Positions 9,367 to 17,616 of a stretch of DNA of 64,000 bases are shown here, piece after piece; position 1 is the stretch's first letter, and the number at the start of each line of letters is the position of its first letter. Both the position numbers and the translations under genes were made by a program. The stretch is taken from NCBI GenBank assembly GCA_963720695.1, contig CAVRGG010000001.1:804299-868298 (forward strand), written 5' to 3'. A model generated the notes under the pieces. The model had not been told where the DNA came from. It saw nothing but the letters and a program-made list of their open reading frames with translations, and did not search any database. Source of the DNA: an uncultured Acidimicrobiaceae bacterium. Lineage in GTDB: Bacteria; Actinomycetota; Acidimicrobiia; Acidimicrobiales; Ilumatobacteraceae.

Positions 9367-10776
9367 CCCAGCCGACTGCCCCGCTCGATCTGTCATCGCC
9401 GGGTTCGTACCACGTCGTCGGCGTCGGCGGTCCGGGGATGAGCGCGATCGCGATCGTGCTCGCCGAGATGGGCCACCACGTCACCGGCAGCGACATCCGC
9501 GAGCGCAGCGTGCTCGACCGGGTCCGCGCTGCGGGCGTCACCGTGCACGTCGGCCACGACCGCGCCGTGGTGCACGGCACTGACGCGATCACCTACTCGA
9601 CGGCCATCCCTGCCACCAACATCGAGCTCGACGAGGCGCAGCGGATCGGCGTGATGTCCCTGCATCGCTCCGGGATGCTGGCGTCGATCTGTGCCCAGGC
9701 CAAGTCGATCGGCGTCGCCGGGACGCACGGGAAGACCTCCACCACGTCGATGCTGATGTTGATGCTGGCCGAGGCCGGATGGCGTCCGAACTTCGTGATC
9801 GGAGGCGACGTCACCGACATGGGCACGGGCGCCCAGTGGACCGGCAGCGAATGGCTGGTCGTCGAGGCCGACGAGAGCGACGGCACCCACCTCGAACTGC
9901 CGCTGCATGGCACCATCCTCACCAACGTCGAGGTCGACCACCTCGACCACTACGGCACCTACGAGGCGATCATCGACGGCTTCGACCGCTACCTCTCGCA
10001 GGTGCCCGGCCCCAAGGTGCTGTGCATCGACGACCCCCGCTGCGCCGCGCTCGCCGTCCGCCCACGACGCGATCACGTACGGCACGTCCGACGACGCCGA
10101 GTTCCAGGCCACCGACATCCGGCCCGAGGGTGGCGCCTTCTCCTTCGCGGTGCGCCACCACGGTGACCTCCTGGGCACGGTGTCGCTGCCGTTGCGTGGC
10201 GTGCACAACGTGCGCAACGCCACCGGCGCGATCGCCATGGCGGTCAGCCTCGGTGTGCCCTTCGAGGTCGCGTCTGCGGCGCTCTCCAAGTTCGGCGGCG
10301 TCGCCCGGCGCTTCGACATCCGCGCCGTCGACGGTGGTGCCACCCTCGTCGACGACTACGCCCATCTGCCCAACGAGATCGCCGCGGTGCTCGCCGCCGC
10401 GAAGGGCAGCGGCGACGGATGGCGACGGGTCGTCGCGGTCTTCCAGCCCAACCGGTTCAATCGGATGGCCGTGATGTGGCAGGAGTACCGCGACGCGTTC
10501 ACGGATGCCGACCTGGTCGTGCTCACCGACATCTTCCCGTCCGGCACGGTCCCGATTCCCGGGGTGACGGGCAAGCTCGTCGTCAACGCCGTGCTCGATG
10601 CACACCCTGAGACCCGGCTGGTCTGGCTGCCCAAGCGCGCCGATCTGGTCGACTACCTCGCCGCACAGCTCGTCGAGGGTGACGTGTGCATCTCGATGGG
10701 GTGTGGCGACATCGCCACGCTGCCCGACGAGGTGCAGGCGCGTCGTGCCGACCGACGGGAGCGGCTCGGCTCATGA
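9363..10776 (+). pseudogene. murC: UDP-N-acetylmuramate--L-alanine ligase MurC, one +1 frame break as written; possibly sequencing error
   Basis: N-terminal part is in frame 0 (ORF 9129..10166: GVGGPGMSAIA, GVAGTHGKTSTT) up to ...DDPRCAALAV (~10058). The C-terminal part is in frame 1 (ORF 9907..10776: AHDAITYG...DDYAHLPNEI). ATGA overlaps at both ends. Confidence 0.85.
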
Positions 10777-11759
10777 GCCTTCCCGATCGGCAGTTGCGGG
10801 CGCTCACCATCCTGAAGGCGTTCTCCACGGCGAACGAGTCCCTCGCGCCGCACACGACCTACAAGCTGGGCGGTGCGGCTGCAGTGTTCGCGATGCCTCG
10901 CAACGTCGCCGACCTGATGCTGGTGGCGCGTGCGATGCGTGAGACAGAACTCCCCGTGCTCGTGGTCGGGCGCGGCTCCAACCTGCTGGTGGCCGACGCC
11001 GGATATCCCGGCATCGTCGTGTCGCTGGTCGCCTTCGGCGACTCCGCCACGCCCGACGACTCCGGCACGTTCGACGACACCATCTCCTTCGAGGACACGC
11101 GGGTCGTCGCAGGCGGCGGTGTGGCCCTTCCCGTGCTCGCGCGGCGCGCCTCGGCGGCCGGGCTGGTCGGGTTCGAATGGGCCGTCGGCGTCCCGGGCTC
11201 CGTCGGCGGCGCCGTTCGGATGAATGCCGGTGGGCACGGCAGTGACATGGCCGCCTCGCTGGTGGGGGTGCACGTCGTCGACCTCCACCGAGAGCGACTG
11301 GCGTGGGTGGAGACCGAGCACCTCGGGCTGCGTTTCCGCGGTTCGGACCTGGCAGACCACCAGGTGGTCATCGACGCCACGCTGCAGTTGGCGCGAGGCG
11401 ACACGAGCGCCTCCGAACGAGTGCTGGCCGACATCGTCCGCTGGCGTCGGGAGCATCAGCCCGGCGGCCAGAACGCAGGGTCGGTCTTCGTCAACCCGAT
11501 TCCCGGCGAGCTCGCCGCGGCGCAGCTGATCGACGGGCTGGGTCTGCGCGGTTTCCGGATCGGTGGCGCCGTCGTGAGCGAGAAGCACGCCAACTTCATC
11601 CAGGCGGTCGAGGGCGCGAAGGCGGCCGATGTGCGCGCCGTGATGGAGCACGTCCGCACCGAGGTGTACGAGCACAGTGGCTTCCTGCTGCGCAGCGAAG
11701 TCCGGATGATCGGCTTCGACGACGTCGAGCCCGACCACCGTGAGGGGGTGTCGCTGTGA
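10773..11759 (+). CDS. murB: UDP-N-acetylenolpyruvoylglucosamine reductase MurB
   Basis: Intact 328-aa frame in ORF 10686..11759 (GRGSNLLV, GGAVRMNAGGHG, NAGSVFVNP). ATGA overlap with murC. Confidence 0.9.
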   Translation: MSLPDRQLRALTILKAFSTANESLAPHTTYKLGGAAAVFAMPRNVADLMLVARAMRETELPVLVVGRGSNLLVADAGYPGIVVSLVAFGDSATPDDSGTFDDTISFEDTRVVAGGGVALPVLARRASAAGLVGFEWAVGVPGSVGGAVRMNAGGHGSDMAASLVGVHVVDLHRERLAWVETEHLGLRFRGSDLADHQVVIDATLQLARGDTSASERVLADIVRWRREHQPGGQNAGSVFVNPIPGELAAAQLIDGLGLRGFRIGGAVVSEKHANFIQAVEGAKAADVRAVMEHVRTEVYEHSGFLLRSEVRMIGFDDVEPDHREGVSL

Positions 11760-13075
11760 CCGAACCGGAACCCGATCCCCAGCCCGAGCACGTCCCCGAT
11801 GCGGTGCTCGACGAGCTCATGGCGGCGTTCTCCAAGGAGGACACGCCGACGGAATATCGCTTCGACGATCCGTCCATCGACCGGCTGCTCGGCCTCACCG
11901 ACGTGCCCGACGGAGCGGACGACGATGCACCGGGCGACGATGCACTGCACGACGATGCACTGCACGACGATGCACTGAACGACGATGCACTGAACGACGA
12001 TGAGTCGAACGACATCGTCGACGACGACGAACTCGACGTCCACCTGATCGAGCCGGACGACGAGCCGGACGACGAGCCGGCACCGCAGGCCGAACCCGAG
12101 CCGGAGCCGGACACAGCGCGGCGGACCATCGTGATCACGCACGAGGAGCAACCCGACACGGTGTACCTCGATGCCGAACTCGAAGAACGCTTCGGCGGGG
12201 GCCAGACCGATGACACAGGCGGCGAGCGTTCGACGGTGGTCATCGGTGACCTCGACGACGGCACCGCGCCCGTGGAGGCTCCCTCGTCGCGCAGCGGCGG
12301 CAACATGGATCCGCGGATGCGGGCTCGCCGCATCGCCACCCGCCGAGCCGAGGGCCGGCGACGCTTGATCTGGACGGTCGTCGCCGCGGTCGTGGCGCTG
12401 CTCGTGATCGCCGCGGTCGCGACGGTGGCGTCGCCGATCTTCGACGTCCGCGACGTCTCCGTGCAGGGTGCGGTCTACACCGACCCCGACGTCCTGCAGT
12501 CGGTGATCGACTCCATGAAGGGCGACCCGGTGTTGCTGGTCGACACCCAGGCTGCCGAACGGCGACTCGAGCAGGTGCCGTGGGTGGAGAGCGCCCGGGT
12601 GGAGACCGACTTCCCGCATCGAGTCACGATCGACATACGCGAGCGGCGGCCCGTCGCCACGTTCCAGGGAGGCGACCAGCAGTTCCGCGTGATCGACGTC
12701 CAGGGCCGGGTCCTCGACGTGATCCAGGGGCAGCCCATCGCGTATCCATTGATCACCGGCGACAACCCCGACACCGAACGTGGTCAGTTCGCCGGCGGGC
12801 CGTATGCCAGCGCCGCCCAGTTGGTGCTGGCGCTGCCCCCGGAGATTCGTTCGATCACGCGTTCCATCGGGGTCGACTCGGGGACGGGCACGCTGTCGAT
12901 GTCGCTCGCCGGCAACGGAGATCCGACCGACAAGGGCACCATCGAGGTCCGTTTCGGTGACGACACGGCGCTCGACGACAAGCTGGCCAGACTGCTCCAG
13001 CAGGTGCGCGGCGGTCTGGACAAGGTCTGTGCGCTGGACGTGTCCACGACCGAGGTCGGCGTCGTCTACTGCTGA
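11756..13075 (+). CDS. ftsQ: Cell-division protein FtsQ with long acidic repeat-containing cytoplasmic N-terminus
   Basis: 439-aa ORF. About 190 aa of acidic tail, then a TM helix (LIWTVVAAVVALLVIAAVATV), then a POTRA/FtsQ-like periplasmic domain. GTGA overlap with murB. Sits just upstream of ftsZ. Confidence 0.8.
   Translation: MTEPEPDPQPEHVPDAVLDELMAAFSKEDTPTEYRFDDPSIDRLLGLTDVPDGADDDAPGDDALHDDALHDDALNDDALNDDESNDIVDDDELDVHLIEPDDEPDDEPAPQAEPEPEPDTARRTIVITHEEQPDTVYLDAELEERFGGGQTDDTGGERSTVVIGDLDDGTAPVEAPSSRSGGNMDPRMRARRIATRRAEGRRRLIWTVVAAVVALLVIAAVATVASPIFDVRDVSVQGAVYTDPDVLQSVIDSMKGDPVLLVDTQAAERRLEQVPWVESARVETDFPHRVTIDIRERRPVATFQGGDQQFRVIDVQGRVLDVIQGQPIAYPLITGDNPDTERGQFAGGPYASAAQLVLALPPEIRSITRSIGVDSGTGTLSMSLAGNGDPTDKGTIEVRFGDDTALDDKLARLLQQVRGGLDKVCALDVSTTEVGVVYC
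11921..12010 (+). repeat. 15-bp in-frame tandem repeat (gacgatgcactgcac; DDALH/DDALN), 4 near-perfect plus 2 degenerate flanking copies, inside ftsQ
   Basis: Direct reading gives DDAPG-DDALH-DDALH-DDALN-DDALN-DDESN. Confidence 0.9.
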
Positions 13076-13221
13076 TCGTGCCCGTGGGAGCGCTACCCTC
13101 GTGGCACATCCAGGCGGATCACCCGTGCGGCGCGGCATGTTGGCTACGATCGTGCCGAACCAGCAGGTAGAGCCGTGCAGACACACATCTTTTTCCACAT
13201 CGAACCCCGGAGGTGCCTCTG

Positions 13222-14328
13222 ATGGCCGCCGCTCCCCAGAACTATCTCGCCGTCATCAAGGTGATCGGCGTTGGTGGCGGTGGCGTGAACGCCGTCAACC
13301 GCATGATCGACGCCGGGCTGAAAGGCGTCGAATTCATCGCGGTGAACACCGACGCCCAGGCGCTGCTGATGAGCGATGCAGACGTGAAACTCGACATCGG
13401 TCGTGATCTCACTCGCGGCCTCGGCGCAGGCAGCGACCCCGAGGTCGGCCGCAATGCGGCGGAGACGCATCGCGACGAGATCGAAGAGATGATCAAGGGT
13501 GCCGACATGGTGTTCATCACCGCCGGCGAAGGTGGCGGCACGGGCACCGGTGCGGCTCCCGTCATCGCCGAGGTCGCCCGCAGCATGGGTGCGCTCACCA
13601 TCGGTGTCGTCACCCGTCCGTTCAGCTTCGAAGGCCGTCGCCGTGCCGTGCAGGCCGATGCCGGTGTGCAGCGGCTGAAGGAGAAGGTCGACACGCTCAT
13701 CGTCATCCCCAACGATCGGCTGCTCACGGTCGCCAACGAGAAGACCAGCGTGCTCAACGCCTTCAAGATGGCCGACGAGGTCCTCCTCCAGGGCGTGTCC
13801 GGCATCACCAACCTGATCACCACGCCCGGCCTCATCAACACCGACTTCGCCGACGTCAAGATGATCCTCTCCGCAGCAGGTTCGGCACTGATGGGGATCG
13901 GTCAGGCCAGCGGCGAGAACCGGGCGGTCACCGCGGCCAAGGCCGCCATCAGCAGCCCGCTGCTCGAAGCCGCCATCGACGGTGCACGCGGCATCCTGCT
14001 CAACATCACCGGTCCCTCCAGCATGGGCCTGTTCGAGATGAACGCCGCCGCGGAGATCATCCACGGTGTGGCCCACCAGGACGCCAACATCATCTTCGGC
14101 ACCGTCATCGACGACGAGATGGGCGACGAGGTCAAGGTCACCGTCATCGCCGCCGGCTTCGACCGCTGGGACAGCGCCGCCGGACAGGGCGGCACCCGCC
14201 CGATCGTCAAGGCGGTTCCCGACGCGACCAAGCCCACGGCGTCGCTGAAGGACCTCTTCGCCGACGAGCCGAGCGATCCGCTCGACGACGGCGACGACGA
14301 CTTCGACGTCCCTTCGTTCCTGAAGTGA
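13222..14328 (+). CDS. ftsZ: Cell-division GTPase FtsZ
   Basis: [13 protein letters not shown] tubulin signature and NTDAQAL. GGAGG lies 8 nt upstream of ATG 13222; the ORF track starts at GTG 13213. Confidence 0.95.
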   Translation: MAAAPQNYLAVIKVIGVGGGGVNAVNRMIDAGLKGVEFIAVNTDAQALLMSDADVKLDIGRDLTRGLGAGSDPEVGRNAAETHRDEIEEMIKGADMVFITAGEGGGTGTGAAPVIAEVARSMGALTIGVVTRPFSFEGRRRAVQADAGVQRLKEKVDTLIVIPNDRLLTVANEKTSVLNAFKMADEVLLQGVSGITNLITTPGLINTDFADVKMILSAAGSALMGIGQASGENRAVTAAKAAISSPLLEAAIDGARGILLNITGPSSMGLFEMNAAAEIIHGVAHQDANIIFGTVIDDEMGDEVKVTVIAAGFDRWDSAAGQGGTRPIVKAVPDATKPTASLKDLFADEPSDPLDDGDDDFDVPSFLK

Positions 14329-14338
14329 TCCCGGGCGG

Positions 14339-15019
14339 GTGACGCCGGCACCGCCGCGTTCGCTGGCCATGGCCTGCGGGTCGCGGGTCGCGCACATCCG
14401 TTGCAGCACGGTCGCCGATGGCGACTTCCACATCGATGTCCACCCACGCGTGCTCGAACATCGTCGCCAGTCCTTCACGCCGGGAGCGTGGACGCAACTC
14501 GACGAGGTGCACGGGAACCGCGTGGTCGTCGTGGGCCGCCCCGGCGAACACGACCTCGCGGAGGGCGATGGCGCGATCACCCGACAGGCGGGGGTCGTGC
14601 TCGCAGTCTGGGTCGGCGACTGTGCACCGGTCGTGCTCGTCGGCGACGGCGTCGTGGGGGTGGCACACGCAGGGTGGAAGGGTGCGCTGGCGGGTGTGCT
14701 GGACGCCACAGCGCGCGCCATGGGACCGGGTCCCGTGCGGGCGGTGCTCGGTCCGTGCATCCATCCGTGCTGCTACGAGTTCGGCGAGGCCGACCTGGTG
14801 GCCATGCGGGACAGGTTCGGAGCGAGCGTCGTGGCGACGACCCGTCGTGGCACCCCGGCGTTGTCGATGCCCGCGGTGGTGCGGAGCGCACTGGGCTCCG
14901 TCGGTGTCGAGCTCACCGACGTCTCGCTCTGCACTCGGCACCATCCGCAGTGGTACTTCTCCCATCGGCGCGGTGAACTGCAGCGACAGGTCGTCACCGT
15001 GCGCATGATGGAGCAGTGA
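14339..15019 (+). CDS. pgeF: PgeF/YfiH family (DUF152, laccase-domain) purine nucleoside phosphorylase-like protein
   Basis: 226-aa ORF with the DCAPV...HAGWKG...CCYE pattern. Canonical position after ftsZ. Confidence 0.8.
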   Translation: MTPAPPRSLAMACGSRVAHIRCSTVADGDFHIDVHPRVLEHRRQSFTPGAWTQLDEVHGNRVVVVGRPGEHDLAEGDGAITRQAGVVLAVWVGDCAPVVLVGDGVVGVAHAGWKGALAGVLDATARAMGPGPVRAVLGPCIHPCCYEFGEADLVAMRDRFGASVVATTRRGTPALSMPAVVRSALGSVGVELTDVSLCTRHHPQWYFSHRRGELQRQVVTVRMMEQ

Positions 15020-15040
15020 TGGGCGCCACTCGACGAACTG

Positions 15041-15685
15041 GTGGCGGAACGCCTGGCACACGTGCAGGAGCGGATCGTGCGCGCAGGGGGAGTGGGTGTC
15101 ACGGTGTTGCCGGTCACCAAGATGTTCGACATCGACGCGTGCTGGGCGGCGCACCGCGCAGGGTGCTCCGCCGTCGGTGAGAACTACGCCCAGGAGGTCG
15201 TCGCCAAGTTCGGCACCGCCCCGGTGCCGTTCGGTGTGCACTTCATCGGTCAGCTGCAGACCAACAAGGTCCGATTGCTCGCGCCGATCGTGTCGGTGTA
15301 CGAGACGGTGGACCGGCCCGCGCTCGTGGCCGAACTCGCCAAACGGGTTCCCGGAGCGCGGGTCCTGCTGCAGGTGTCGACGTCGGCCGAGCCCGGCAAG
15401 GGAGGGTGCCCGATCGCGGAGGTGCCATCTCTGCTCGACACCGCGCGGGGCGCCGGGCTCGACGTGGCGGGACTGATGACGGTCGGCCCGACGGAGGGGA
15501 CACCCGAACAGGCGCGGCCGGGCTTTCGTGCCGTGCGCGCACTGCTCGACCGACTCGAACTGACCGTGTTGTCGATGGGGATGACCGACGATCTCGAGGT
15601 CGCCGTCCAAGAGGGAAGCACCCAGGTGAGAGTGGGAAGCGCCCTGTTCGGCGCTCGTCCCCCGTGGAGCACGCTGGTGCGATAG
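15041..15685 (+). CDS. yggS: YggS/YlmE family pyridoxal-phosphate homeostasis protein
   Basis: 214-aa ORF (LPVTK, GENYAQE, HFIGQLQTNKV, SMGMTDD). GTG start. Confidence 0.85.
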   Translation: MAERLAHVQERIVRAGGVGVTVLPVTKMFDIDACWAAHRAGCSAVGENYAQEVVAKFGTAPVPFGVHFIGQLQTNKVRLLAPIVSVYETVDRPALVAELAKRVPGARVLLQVSTSAEPGKGGCPIAEVPSLLDTARGAGLDVAGLMTVGPTEGTPEQARPGFRAVRALLDRLELTVLSMGMTDDLEVAVQEGSTQVRVGSALFGARPPWSTLVR

Positions 15686-15710
15686 CCTGCGGCCTGCAGG
15701 AGGAGCGCGC

Positions 15711-16310
15711 ATGTCGATGTGGAAAAAGGCGATGGACTACTTGGGCCTCGGGCCCGATGATGCCTACGACGACTACGAAGTCGCGCCCGAACCCGAGCGG
15801 CCCGCGCGTGCGCCGCGATCGACGCGCGACGACGGCGGTCGCGCCCCTCGCGGGGGGTACAGCAACGACTACGAGCCCGAGCCGCAGGTGCGTCCGGCCA
15901 CCTCGCGACCGAGCTATCCGCTCCGCGAGCCCGACGTCACCGTTCGCCGTCCGGTGCCGCCCACCGACGACAGCAACGTCCAGCCACGCCCGATCAATCC
16001 TCGCCCGGCGCCGGCGCCACGCCAGTCGGCCGGCGCTGCCAACGGCAGCGATCCGTACACCGTGCGGCCGCGCCGCTTCGATTCCGCGCAGGAGTTGGCC
16101 GACAAGTTCAAGGAAGGTCTGCCGGTCATCATGAATCTGGAGGCCGCCGACCGCGAGGTGTCTCGCCGCCTCATCGACTTCGCCAGCGGCCTGTGCTACG
16201 CACTCAACGGGAGCATGGAGAAGGTCGCCTCCGGGGTGTACCTGCTCAAGCCCATCCCGCGCCAAGCCGGGTACGACAAGGGCTACGACGACGGGGACTA
16301 CGGGGCGTAG
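15711..16310 (+). CDS. sepF: Cell-division protein SepF
   Basis: MSMWKKAMDYLGL N-terminal membrane-targeting helix, a Pro/Arg-rich linker and a conserved C-terminal SepF domain (LPVIMNLE...RRLIDFASG). Confidence 0.9.
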   Translation: MSMWKKAMDYLGLGPDDAYDDYEVAPEPERPARAPRSTRDDGGRAPRGGYSNDYEPEPQVRPATSRPSYPLREPDVTVRRPVPPTDDSNVQPRPINPRPAPAPRQSAGAANGSDPYTVRPRRFDSAQELADKFKEGLPVIMNLEAADREVSRRLIDFASGLCYALNGSMEKVASGVYLLKPIPRQAGYDKGYDDGDYGA

Positions 16311-16356
16311 TTCGAGAACGCCGGTTCCGGCTCGCTGTTGCGCGTAACATCGTCGC

Positions 16357-17391
16357 ATGGAGATGAGCCCGCAGACCGTCCGCAGCACCGGCTTCAAAGT
16401 GGTGAAGAAGGGCTACGACCCTGCCGAGGTCGATTCCTTCAAGGAACAGGTCGCCACCGCCGTCGAGTTCTCGCAGAATCAGGCAACGGCCATGGAGGCC
16501 CGCGCCCGCGCCGCGGTCGCCAAGCTGCAGGAAGTCTCCCAGCAGGTGTCGAGCAACGCGCGCGAGCCGCAGGCGGCCTCGCATTCGGGGGACACCGAGG
16601 TGATCAGCCGCACTCTTCTCCTGGCCCAGCGGACCGCTGACTCCACCGTCGCCGAGGCCAGGGTCGAGGCGGATCAGATCGTCGTCAAAGCGCGCGACGA
16701 GGCAGGCCGGGTGCTCGACACGGCGCGCAACATGGCGGCCAAGACCGTCGACGACGCACGGTTCGAGGCTCGGCGCGCGGCCGAGGACGAGAAGGTCCGT
16801 GCGGAGAACGAGGTGCAGGCGCTGCTCGCCCGGCGCGACTTCCTGCTCGCCGATGTCGACCACCTCGAGCAGTACCTCCAAGCCCAGCGTGAGCGTCTTC
16901 GCGACGCCGCAGTGCAACTGCACGAGCTCGTCGACCGCGTTCCCGGCGGTCTCGGCGAGATGCGCCGTCCGCTGCTGTCCGCCTCGGCCGATCCGCTGCC
17001 GGCGTCGCTGCAACCGATCGCGCCGGAACCGGCTGCGGTCGAGTTGATCGACGACGACTCGGCCGTCGACCCGTTCCGTCCCGGTGCCGGGGATGCGACC
17101 GTGGCGATGGACGCACCGGACCACGACCGCTCCTCCGTCGAGCCGACGGCCGACCCCGCGCCGGCCGATCCCGCGCCGACCTCACAGCCCGGTATCGCCG
17201 CGATGGCGCTGTCGTCGGATCCCGACGCGCACGACAGCGTGTGGCGGATGCTCGACGAGGAAGTGGCCAACAGCCAGAGCACCCAGCCGTCGTTCCCGGA
17301 GATGGAGCACGTCACGGCCGAGGTGCCCGTGCAGCCGTCGCCGGAACCCGAGGTGGACCCGTTCCACATCGACGGCGAAGAACTCCAGTGA
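16357..17391 (+). CDS. divIVA: DivIVA-domain protein (Wag31-like)
   Basis: N-terminal DivIVA lipid-binding domain (FKVVKKGYDPAEVDSF), coiled coil and a low-complexity tail. Follows sepF. Confidence 0.85.
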   Translation: MEMSPQTVRSTGFKVVKKGYDPAEVDSFKEQVATAVEFSQNQATAMEARARAAVAKLQEVSQQVSSNAREPQAASHSGDTEVISRTLLLAQRTADSTVAEARVEADQIVVKARDEAGRVLDTARNMAAKTVDDARFEARRAAEDEKVRAENEVQALLARRDFLLADVDHLEQYLQAQRERLRDAAVQLHELVDRVPGGLGEMRRPLLSASADPLPASLQPIAPEPAAVELIDDDSAVDPFRPGAGDATVAMDAPDHDRSSVEPTADPAPADPAPTSQPGIAAMALSSDPDAHDSVWRMLDEEVANSQSTQPSFPEMEHVTAEVPVQPSPEPEVDPFHIDGEELQ

Positions 17392-17419
17392 CCGGGTGAG
17401 CCGCCACCGCTAGCATGGG

Positions 17420-17616
17420 TGCTCACGGCGACGACGAGGCCATCACCTCCGAGCCTTCGGAAGAACGGCGTTCACCCCGGTGGCGCTCAGTAGAACCGGA
17501 CGGGTCCAGCCCGACACCGCTGGCGAACACGAGTGGCGGCGATCCGAGGGTCGCCGCAAGCAGGGTGGTACCGCGGGCATCGGCTCGTCCCTGGGCGAGT
17601 CGCACCAGGAGCAACC
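17420..17616 (+). promoter_or_regulatory. T-box riboswitch leader of ileS (Ile specifier AUC), probably translational (SD-sequestering) type
   Basis: T-box core GGGTGGTACCGCG at 17563..17575. Candidate specifier AUC-A at 17442..17445. CCTGG (17590..17594) can pair with CCAGG (17605..17609), which overlaps the SD AGGAG 5 nt upstream of GTG 17617. Confidence 0.75.

Noticed and set aside
13076-13212. Possible small RNA or riboswitch upstream of ftsZ
   Set aside because: I saw no convincing conserved motif or terminator. It is most likely just the ftsZ promoter/RBS region.
16311-16356. Missing yggT (ylmG) between sepF and divIVA
   Set aside because: The 46-bp gap leaves no room for the gene. 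Absence from this position is a minor synteny variation, and the gene may be elsewhere. It is not informative on its own.
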